Origin: Acidimicrobiia bacterium
Lineage (GTDB): Bacteria > Actinomycetota > Acidimicrobiia > Spongiisociales > ZC4RG35
Direction: 5' to 3'
Length of the DNA: 64,000 bases
Assembly (NCBI GenBank): GCA_044867525.1
Contig: JBIOVB010000024.1
Coordinates: 2,472 to 66,471, forward strand
The position numbers were made by a program, and so were the translations under genes. Below, piece after piece: positions 10,376-17,402 of the stretch (within the stretch, counting starts at the first letter, position 1; each line of letters opens with the position of its first letter). A model generated the notes under the pieces. It was not told where the DNA came from, did not search any database, and was given only the letters and a program-made list of their open reading frames with translations.

Positions 10376-10434
10376 GTAAGCGTGGTTGCGCTGAGCATGC
10401 CCGTTCGAAGGTAGTAGCATGTAACCGTGGTTGC
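10376..10434. promoter_or_regulatory. Direct repeat GTAA(G/C)CGTGGTTGC at 10376-10389 and 10421-10434 in the divergent MFS/chrB-N intergenic region
   Basis: 13 of 14 positions identical. The second copy overlaps the GTG start at 10427. Confidence 0.4.
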
Positions 10435-10906
10435 AACAGAGAACTGGGTATTCCTCGTCTATCAGCTTCCCCGAGAGCCTTCCACCCCCCGCATCTCGGT
10501 TTGGCGCAAGCTGAAACGTATCGGTGTGGCTCAACTCGGCGATGGTCTGGTCGCCCTGCCCTACGACGCTTCGACCAAGGAGCAGCTCGAATGGGTCGCC
10601 CACCACGTCATGGAAGCCGGTGGTGAAGCGACGATCTGGATCACCACTCCCACGGTGCGAAAGTTCGGCCGCGGCCTCGCTCAAGGATTGGCCGACGAGC
10701 GGGCGGCAGAGTACCGAGCGGTTCTCGAACAGGCCGAAGCCGGTTTGGGGGCCGGACACGGCGAGCGGATCCGGGCCCTGCGACGCCTCCGCGCCGAGTA
10801 TCGGCGCATCGAACGTCGGGACTACTTCCCGCCGCCCGAGAAGGACGAGGCCAGGGCGGCCCTGGGGCGGATGGCCACCAGTCTCGAACCGGTACCGACG
10901 CCTTGA
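10427..10906 (+). CDS. ChrB N-terminal domain protein (putative regulator)
   Basis: WVFLVYQLPREPSTPRISVWRKLKRIGVAQLGDGLVALP is typical of the ChrB N-terminal domain. Confidence 0.75.
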   Translation: MVATENWVFLVYQLPREPSTPRISVWRKLKRIGVAQLGDGLVALPYDASTKEQLEWVAHHVMEAGGEATIWITTPTVRKFGRGLAQGLADERAAEYRAVLEQAEAGLGAGHGERIRALRRLRAEYRRIERRDYFPPPEKDEARAALGRMATSLEPVPTP

Positions 10907-11319
10907 GGTGGGCCACCCGGACCGGGGTCCATGTCGACCGGGCCTCCTCGGCCTGGCTGATCCGCCGATTCATCGACCCCGACGCCGAGTTCGTGTTCGT
11001 TGACGACCCCGACGATGTCCCCGCCGACGCAACCCCTTTCGACATGATCGGCGTAGAACTCACCCACCATGACGACCATGTCACCTTCGAAACCATCCTC
11101 GACCGCCACCACCTCGACGATCCGGTCCTCCACCTACTGGGTCAGATCATCCACGAAGCCGATGTCGCCGACGACCTCTACGACGCCCCCGAAGCAGCCG
11201 GCCTCGACGCACTGATCCGCGGTCTCTCCCTCACTGAAACCGATCCTGAGATCCTCACCCTGACCCACCGGCTCTTCGACGCCCTCTACATATGGCTCCA
11301 ACGGAGACAATCACCTTGA
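10903..11319 (+). CDS. ChrB C-terminal (chromate-resistance) domain protein, translationally coupled to the N-domain gene
   Basis: TTG start overlaps the preceding TGA (TTGA). AWLIRRFIDPDAEF and IIHEADVADD motifs. Confidence 0.75.
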   Translation: MRWATRTGVHVDRASSAWLIRRFIDPDAEFVFVDDPDDVPADATPFDMIGVELTHHDDHVTFETILDRHHLDDPVLHLLGQIIHEADVADDLYDAPEAAGLDALIRGLSLTETDPEILTLTHRLFDALYIWLQRRQSP

Positions 11320-11338
11320 CCACCAGGTCCAAGGCCGC

Positions 11339-11551
11339 TCAGGGTGCTGGCACCTGACAGTCGTCCATGGAACGAGCGCTGCCCTCGACCTCCCACAGCT
11401 CGGGTTCCGGAGCAGGAATCGGGTTGTCGTCGGTGGTCACGAAGCGCACCACGGCCCGGTACACGCCCTCGGCGTAAGCCTGGCGAAACTCGTCGGACAT
11501 GGCCAGGGCCTCCTCGGTCGGGTTGGAGAGATAGGCGCCCTCGATAATCAC
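11339..11551 (-). pseudogene. 3' remnant of an N-acetylmuramoyl-L-alanine amidase (Amidase_3-like) gene
   Basis: Translation VIIEGAYLSNPTEEALAMSDEFRQAYAEGVYRAVVRF matches only the last part of such amidases. An in-frame stop lies just upstream, with no catalytic N-terminal part. Confidence 0.55.
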
Positions 11552-11787
11552 CGCTGGCCCGGCGGCCAGTTTTCAGACCTTGCCGCTGAACCGTCCCGGG
11601 ACCACGAATCAGACGCTGGATCAGCGCTGTGCAGATCTCCAAGTCACTGTGTCAGATCCTGAAAGCCAAGTGACTGTTGGAAATTCGTCTGATCTGGCAA
11701 CCGACGGGATTGAGCGTCTGATATGGCCTAGCATGCTCTGTATCGGCTGGTCTTCGCCGGACACCCCTGCGATAATTGACGATTCCC

Positions 11788-11861
11788 GCGCCCGTAGCTC
11801 AATTGGATAGAGCGTCTGACTACGGATCAGGAGGTTGGGTGTTCGAGTCGCCCCGGGCGCG
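11788..11861 (+). tRNA. tRNA-Arg (anticodon ACG)
   Basis: Manual cloverleaf: acceptor GCGCCCG/CGGGCGC, D arm GCTC-AATTGGATA-GAGC, anticodon stem TCTGA/TCAGG with loop CTACGGA, variable AGGTT, T arm GGGTG-TTCGAGT-CGCCC. 74 nt, CCA not encoded. Confidence 0.9.
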
Positions 11862-12018
11862 CTGGCGAAATCCCATGCGGTGGCAGGGGATTTGACGTGT
11901 CCCGTGCTCGTTGAAGGCCCCGAGCGGGCCGACCTTTGGGAGCCATTCGTCCGATCGGACGTCGTCGATTCGGGAGATCACCCGGCTGTTGACACCCCCG
12001 ATGGGTGTGTCTTGCGGC

Positions 12019-12678
12019 TCAGCTCTCGTGAAGTCTGTGCAGATGGGCGATCTGCCCGTCTCGGTCGAAAACCATGATGAACTCTGCTGGTGTATCGATC
12101 GCATTGATGGAGTGGGGAGTCATGGTTGAGAACTCGGCCGCTTCCCCGGTGTCGACGATCACGAGTCTTTCGCCGAGGGTGAGCTCGAGCCGTCCGGAAA
12201 GTACGAACAGCCAGTCGTGACCAGGATGGATGCGCGGTTCAGGTCGCTGGGCTGTTGGTTCGAGTCGCATCTTGATGGCGGCGGTGCTGCTGGTTGGTCG
12301 GCTGAGCGGCCAGATGGTTACGCCGGTCCATCCACTGGGAGCGGGGCGGATGATTATGTCGTGGTTCTCAGCCACGTCGAGGAGGGAGCTCACGTCTACG
12401 TCGAGTGCTTCGGCGAGGGCGATCAGGATGTCGAGGCTGATGGATCGTTTGCCGGTCTCGAGGCGACTGATCGTGGACGCGCTGAGATGGCTGCGTTCTG
12501 CAAGGTCGTCAAGGGACCAACCACGTGTCCGGCGCAGGCTTCGCAGACGGGCGCGAGCGGTGGTTTCAACATCGTCGAATCCGGTGATGCCGCCATGATT
12601 GCCTTGGCTTGCGAATCCCGCAAACCATCTTGCCCGTAATGGGGATGCCGCCGTAGCGTCGCAGCTATGAAGAACCAC
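12019..12678 (-). CDS. XRE-family HTH + cupin transcriptional regulator (start uncertain)
   Basis: RGWSLDDLAERSHLSASTISRLETGKRSISLDILIALAEAL followed by a cupin-like C-terminus. The nearest in-frame start is GTG at 12678. Confidence 0.7.
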   Translation of the reverse strand: MVLHSCDATAASPLRARWFAGFASQGNHGGITGFDDVETTARARLRSLRRTRGWSLDDLAERSHLSASTISRLETGKRSISLDILIALAEALDVDVSSLLDVAENHDIIIRPAPSGWTGVTIWPLSRPTSSTAAIKMRLEPTAQRPEPRIHPGHDWLFVLSGRLELTLGERLVIVDTGEAAEFSTMTPHSINAIDTPAEFIMVFDRDGQIAHLHRLHES

Positions 12679-13284
12679 ATGCGGCCGGGCGACTGGGACG
12701 AGCACTACCGAAACCACGACCACCAGAGGTCGAGCGGTAAGCCCAACGAGGTGGTTGTGGCTGAGATGGCCGGAGAGCCTCCAGGTCGTGCGCTGGACGT
12801 TGGGTGCGGGGTGGGCAACGATGCGATCTGGCTGGCTTCGCAGGGCTGGAAGGTGACAGCAGTCGATATTTCGCAGGCGGCGCTCGATCTTGCCGCCAGC
12901 GCTGCAGACGACGCCAATGTCACCGTCGACTGGGCATGCGCCGATATCTCGACGGCTCCACCCGCAGCAGAAGAATATGACCTCGTCTCGGTCCAATATC
13001 CCGCACTGCGGCATGACCCTGGCAACGGCGTGATTCGTTCGCTCCTTGATGCGGTGGTCAGAGGAGGCACGATCCTGTTCGTTGGCCATGGCCCCGAAAG
13101 CCACGAATACGCACGGACCCAAGGCTTTGAACCCACCGATTACCTCGAGCCCGCTGACGTAGTCGCCCTCCTCGACGACAACTGGATCGTCGAGACCCAC
13201 GAGACCCGTCCGCGCATCACACCAGCCGGCATCGGCTCGCCCGTCAGCCACGACACCGTTCTTCGGGCCCGCCGACGTCTCTGA
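12667..13284 (+). CDS. Class I SAM-dependent methyltransferase
   Basis: ALDVGCGVGNDAIWLASQGWKVTAVDIS (motif I and post-I). Confidence 0.85.
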   Translation: MKNHMRPGDWDEHYRNHDHQRSSGKPNEVVVAEMAGEPPGRALDVGCGVGNDAIWLASQGWKVTAVDISQAALDLAASAADDANVTVDWACADISTAPPAAEEYDLVSVQYPALRHDPGNGVIRSLLDAVVRGGTILFVGHGPESHEYARTQGFEPTDYLEPADVVALLDDNWIVETHETRPRITPAGIGSPVSHDTVLRARRRL

Positions 13285-13350
13285 TACGCAGCCCCGCACG
13301 AGCGCGCATGTCGCCCTCTCCGCTGGGAGCCAAGTTGGGAGCCATTACTT

Positions 13351-13438
13351 GTGGAATCGTGTGGACGCCGGTGGACTTCGGCGGACCCAGAGTCCTGTAG
13401 CGCCAAGCGCAGGTGGACCGCCGTGGACGCCCATGGAC
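13351..13438 (+). repeat. Seven GTGGAC-like hexamers in two blocks with exact 10-bp phasing
   Basis: Hexamer starts at 13351, 13361, 13371, 13381 and at 13413, 13423, 13433 (gtggaa, gtggac, gtggac, gcggac, gtggac, gtggac, atggac). Confidence 0.8.
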
Positions 13439-13451
13439 GGCGCTTGGCCAT

Positions 13452-13497
13452 CTACGGATCAGGAGGTTGGGTGTTCGAGTCGCTCCGAGCGCGCCAG
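13452..13497 (+). repeat. Direct repeat of the tRNA-Arg 3' half (att-like)
   Basis: 13452-13483 is identical to 11820-11851. Similarity continues to about 13497 with 2 mismatches. Confidence 0.85.
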
Positions 13498-13532
13498 GTA
13501 GAGCCGACAGGCAGGGTGATACCGTCAGCCGG

Positions 13533-14348
13533 ATGCCGAGCGTCGACGTCAACGGGCTCGAGATCGCTTACCGACGCGCCGGCTCGGGGCCTCCGCTCGT
13601 CCTTGCCCACGGCGGGGGTTCGGACGGGCGCGAATGGCGAGCGCAGCTTGAGGGCCTGGCCGGTGAGCTCACAGTGGTCGCTTGGGACGAGCCCGGCTCA
13701 GGTGGCTCCGAAGACCCGTCGAACGACTTTGGTCTCGCCGATTATGCGGATGCTTTCGCCGGCTTGATCGAGACGCTCGACCTCGCCCCCGCGCACATAG
13801 GCGGGCTCTCCTGGGGCGGGGTGGTCGCCCAGGAGACCTACCGCCGCCACGCAGACGTAGTACGGACGCTGATCCTCTGCGACACGTACGCGGGCTGGAA
13901 GGGATCACTGCCAGCTGAGGAGGTGGAGGCGCGCCTAGCGGGCGTGCTGGAGAGCCTGGACGCTCCTGAAGACCAGTTCCGGCCCGTGATCCCGGGGCTG
14001 TTCGCCGCAGCCCCGGGTCCCGAGGTTGTCGCCGAGCTCGCCCGGATCGAGGCCGACGCTCGCCCCCAGAGCTTCCGTCGACTGGTGACTGCGATCGCCG
14101 AGTGTGACCTGCGCGACCTGCTCCCGCGGATCGCGGTGCCGACCCTCCTTATCTGGGGCGAGGAGGACGCCCGCTCTCCGGTGGTGAGCGTGGCCAAGCA
14201 GTTCCACGATGCGATCCCTGGCGCGGAGCTACGGCTGATCTCTGGCGCGGGCCACATGTCGAGCATGGAACGCCCTACCGAGTTCAACCGGGCAATCCTT
14301 GAGTTCACTCGGGCGCACGCCACGGGTGTCTTCAAGGCCGAGGCCTGA
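13533..14348 (+). CDS. Alpha/beta hydrolase
   Basis: ATG at 13533. LVLAHGGG and nucleophile elbow GLSWGG. The longer ORF would run through the tRNA repeat. Confidence 0.85.
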   Translation: MPSVDVNGLEIAYRRAGSGPPLVLAHGGGSDGREWRAQLEGLAGELTVVAWDEPGSGGSEDPSNDFGLADYADAFAGLIETLDLAPAHIGGLSWGGVVAQETYRRHADVVRTLILCDTYAGWKGSLPAEEVEARLAGVLESLDAPEDQFRPVIPGLFAAAPGPEVVAELARIEADARPQSFRRLVTAIAECDLRDLLPRIAVPTLLIWGEEDARSPVVSVAKQFHDAIPGAELRLISGAGHMSSMERPTEFNRAILEFTRAHATGVFKAEA

Positions 14349-14353
14349 ACGCG

Positions 14354-14394
14354 GATCCGGGCGCACTTTGCGCGGCGCCCGGATCGATTCTTTT
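14354..14394 (+). terminator. Rho-independent terminator
   Basis: 11-bp stem GATCCGGGCGC/GCGCCCGGATC followed by TTCTTTT. Confidence 0.7.
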
Positions 14395-14407
14395 CGGATG
14401 TTTCGGC

Positions 14408-14788
14408 TCAGGCTCCGAGCAGCGCCTTCTTCTGGGAGGCGAACTCCTCCTCGGTGAGCACGCCCTTCTCCTTCAAGGCTGCCAATTTGGCCAACTCGTC
14501 GGCCGTGGAGTCGGACCCTGCCACGTCCTGGATGTATTGCCGGGTCATCTTCTCCCGGGTCGCCATGTCGGCGGCAGCACGCTCCTGCATCGACCCGCCA
14601 CGGGCGATCAGGTAGACGAGGGCACCCAGGAAGGGAAGGAAGATCAGGAACAGCGTCCACCCCGCCTTGGCCCAACCCCCCAGGTCCGGGCTGCGGAAGA
14701 TGTCGGTGAACAGGCTGATCAACAGCCAGATCCACACAAAGAACAGGAAGAACCAGAGCATCGCCCAGAACAGGTCGAGCAAGGGCAT
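14408..14788 (-). CDS. Membrane protein with PLD-nuclease-N-like TM domain and C-terminal SHOCT domain
   Basis: FLIFLPFLGALVYLIARG, and C-terminal ELAKLAALKEKGVLTEEEFASQKKALL. Confidence 0.75.
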   Translation of the reverse strand: MPLLDLFWAMLWFFLFFVWIWLLISLFTDIFRSPDLGGWAKAGWTLFLIFLPFLGALVYLIARGGSMQERAAADMATREKMTRQYIQDVAGSDSTADELAKLAALKEKGVLTEEEFASQKKALLGA

Positions 14789-14980
14789 CGTTTTTCTCCT
14801 ATCTCATGCCCAGGGGCAGTTGGCGAGATTTCTCGTCAGGCTGAAACAAGGAGCGCCGGGTCGCGGCGATCTCATCTTTTTAGCCAGGAGGGGACTCTAC
14901 GCGATCGGACCTCGGGTTGCGTTCGGAGGCCGGGCCAGAAGTCAGCGGTGGCCCGTAGTGGGGATCGTCCTGCCGGGGAC

Positions 14981-15229
14981 TCAGCCGACGGAGGGCAACC
15001 GGAAGACCACCGCTCGGAGGTCGGGACGCATACGGCTCCGCTGGTGCTTGCTCGACTGTGACCTGATCTGCGCCGGCATCGGGCCCGAGATCGGACCATC
15101 CTGCTCCAGGTACTCATATGCGTGGGTGCCGCAGGCGAGCCCCTTGGAGATGATGAACCTGGCGGGTTTGCGGCAATCCATGCAGGTCGGTCGTCCCGAG
15201 CTAGTGCTTACCGTGGGGGTGGTGTTCAC
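14981..15229 (-). CDS. Hypothetical small Cys-containing protein (weak call)
   Basis: High GC3. CMDC...ACGTH arrangement. GTG start without a clear SD. Confidence 0.3.
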   Translation of the reverse strand: MNTTPTVSTSSGRPTCMDCRKPARFIISKGLACGTHAYEYLEQDGPISGPMPAQIRSQSSKHQRSRMRPDLRAVVFRLPSVG

Positions 15230-15343
15230 GTTTAGAACATCGGCAGAAACTGGCCATCTCGCGAAGGACCAGAATCATCACACACAAAGTGACTAGTCAG
15301 GAGTCGTCATGATGGAAGAGCGCCGCTATTGAACCCGGTGGCC

Positions 15344-15766
15344 ATGAAAGTGATGGCGACGGGCAACAAGGTCGCCGCCTGGCTGTACAAGCGGAGCGGC
15401 GGTCGCGTCGGGGGGAGCGCCCGAGGTGTTCCCGTCCTCCTCCTGACGGTGCCCGGTCGAACCACCGGAACTCCGAGGACCGTTCCCGTGGCCTACTTCG
15501 ATCATGAAGGCGCCTATCTGGTGGCGGCCACCGCGGGCGGCTCCAAGAGAGATCCGCAATGGATCCGCAACCTCTCGGCGGTGGATCGGGCCGAGGTCCA
15601 GGTCGGCGAGAAGAAGCATTTGGTCGACGTTCGCATCGCCGAGGGTGCAGAGCGCGATCAGTTGTGGCGCGATGTGATAATCAGCCGCGCCCCATCCTTC
15701 GCCGGATATGAGGAGAAATCGGGCCAACGCCAGATCCCGATCGCTCTCCTCACCCCGCGGGGGTGA
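15344..15766 (+). CDS. Deazaflavin (F420)-dependent nitroreductase family protein
   Basis: GVPVLLLTVPGRTTGTPRTVPVAYFDHEGAYLVAATAGGSKRDPQWIRNL is typical of this family. Confidence 0.8.
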   Translation: MKVMATGNKVAAWLYKRSGGRVGGSARGVPVLLLTVPGRTTGTPRTVPVAYFDHEGAYLVAATAGGSKRDPQWIRNLSAVDRAEVQVGEKKHLVDVRIAEGAERDQLWRDVIISRAPSFAGYEEKSGQRQIPIALLTPRG

Positions 15767-15773
15767 CCGCTTG

Positions 15774-16886
15774 GTGAAGGTCACCTGGAAGCAGGCCCTT
15801 GCCTGGAGAATGAAGCGGCATTTGCTGGACCCGGTCGGTGACACCTCGGTCCCCAACGTCGTGGCCCGCCTTTGCGGGGTGCAGGCCCAGGTGGCCTCAT
15901 CCGCCGAGCTCGCGGTCCGGCTTCGTCGCTCGAAATCGAGCCCGGGGGAGGTGGGGCGCGCACTCTCCCGGGGGAGTCTGGTGAAGACATGGGCGATGCG
16001 GGGGACACTCCACTTGCTCACCCCGGAGATCGGTCCTGCCTTCCTCTCGCTGATCGCCTCCGGTCGCTCGTGGGAGCGGCCGAGCTGGCAGAAGTACTTC
16101 GGGGTGTCTCCCGACCAGATCCAAGGGCTCCGTGGAGCAACGCGTGAGGCTCTGAGCAACGGACCAATGACCAGGGAGGAGTTGATCAAGGCAGTCACCA
16201 AGACCCGAGGTCTGGGCCACATCGGTGACGCCCTCGGCTCGGGTTGGGGCACCCTGCTCAAACCGCTCGCTTGGCAGGGGGACCTCTGTTTCGGCCCCAG
16301 CAAGGGCAACCGAGTCACCTTCACCCTTCCCGAGGCGGCGAGCAAGCGGTGGCCCGGCGTCTTGACTACCGAGGAGGCGGCTCCCCTTGCCATCCTCGCT
16401 TACCTTTCCGCACACGGCCCCTCCACCGCCGACGCCTTCGGCAACTGGCTGGCCGGCGGCTGGTTCGGAAAGAGGCAGCTCCGCGCCTGGTTCGCCGAAC
16501 TCGGTGATCAGTTGGCCGAGGTGGACGTCGAAGGGGAGCCCGCCTATTTGATGGCCGAGGATCTGGACGAGCTCGGGTCGACGAAACCCACGAAGACCGT
16601 GCGTCTGCTCGGGGGGTTCGATCAGTTCGTGTTGGCGCCGGGTACGGGCGACACCCATGTCGTTCTCGCAAAACGACGCCCCTCGGTGAGCAAGCAGAGC
16701 GGGTGGATCTCCCCCGTGGTGGTTTCGGGCGGCGCGGTCTCCGGCACCTGGGAGATGAGAGATAACCAGGTTGCGGTTTCCTGGTTCAAAGAGTCGCGAC
16801 TCCCTCGACAACGCCTCGAGGAGGAGGTGGAAAGGCTGGGCCAGATCGTGGGGCGGTCGTTGGACATTCGAGTCGAGCGAGTCTGA
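15774..16886 (+). CDS. Winged-helix DNA glycosylase of the AlkZ/YcaQ (HTH_42) family
   Basis: N-terminus TWKQALAWRMKRHLL...LCGVQAQ (Q-hydrophobic-Q motif). Start is TTG 15771 or GTG 15774. Confidence 0.65.
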   Translation: MKVTWKQALAWRMKRHLLDPVGDTSVPNVVARLCGVQAQVASSAELAVRLRRSKSSPGEVGRALSRGSLVKTWAMRGTLHLLTPEIGPAFLSLIASGRSWERPSWQKYFGVSPDQIQGLRGATREALSNGPMTREELIKAVTKTRGLGHIGDALGSGWGTLLKPLAWQGDLCFGPSKGNRVTFTLPEAASKRWPGVLTTEEAAPLAILAYLSAHGPSTADAFGNWLAGGWFGKRQLRAWFAELGDQLAEVDVEGEPAYLMAEDLDELGSTKPTKTVRLLGGFDQFVLAPGTGDTHVVLAKRRPSVSKQSGWISPVVVSGGAVSGTWEMRDNQVAVSWFKESRLPRQRLEEEVERLGQIVGRSLDIRVERV

Positions 16887-16942
16887 ATGATCCGCCCACT
16901 TCCGATGGGAAGCGGGACCGGTCGCCCTAGCCTGCCCCGGTC

Positions 16943-17398
16943 ATGGTGGTCACCATCACCCCAGAGGTGCCCCACACCCGAGATGCCCGTGGGCTGATAG
17001 ACGAGCTCGAAGAGGAGCTGGGTGGGGACATCTACCCGCCGGAGAGCCAGCACGGATACAGCATCGACAAGCTGATTACCGAAGGAGTCGCCTTTTACAT
17101 GGTTCGCGTAGAGGGCGAGGCAGCCGGATGTGGTGGTGTCCAGATCTTTGGCGACTACGGCGAGCTGAAGCGGATGTACATCCGTCCCGAATTCCGGGGT
17201 CGGGGACTCGCTCGCCTGCTCGTGGATCGTCTCGCAGCTCACGCCAGGGAACAGGGTGCGCACCTCCTTCGTCTGGAGACCGGGATCTACCAGACCGATG
17301 CCATCCGCCTCTACCAGGGCATGGGCTTCTACGAGATACCTCCGTTCGGTCCCTATGTGGTCGATCCCAACAGCGTCTATTACGAACGCGAGGCCTGA
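16943..17398 (+). CDS. GNAT-family N-acetyltransferase
   Basis: RMYIRPEFRGRGLARLLVDRL acetyl-CoA binding motif. Confidence 0.85.
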   Translation: MVVTITPEVPHTRDARGLIDELEEELGGDIYPPESQHGYSIDKLITEGVAFYMVRVEGEAAGCGGVQIFGDYGELKRMYIRPEFRGRGLARLLVDRLAAHAREQGAHLLRLETGIYQTDAIRLYQGMGFYEIPPFGPYVVDPNSVYYEREA

Positions 17399-17402
17399 CC
17401 GG

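Larger units (their letters stand above)
11862..13451. mobile_element. Possible integrase-less remnant of a tRNA-integrated element, bounded by the tRNA-Arg and its 3'-half direct repeat
   Basis: Direct repeats at 11820-11851 and 13452-13483. Only two genes lie inside and there is no recombinase. Confidence 0.4.

Noticed and set aside
11580-11810. 76-aa plus-strand ORF
   Set aside because: It runs through the lower-GC spacer into the tRNA-Arg gene, and it has poor codon bias.
12679-13299. 5' extension of the 426-aa ORF that contains the XRE-cupin regulator
   Set aside because: It is antisense to the methyltransferase gene, and the HTH begins only about 30 codons after the GTG at 12678.
15326-16393. 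355-aa minus-strand ORF
   Set aside because: It is antisense to the nitroreductase-family and glycosylase genes and is a shadow ORF.
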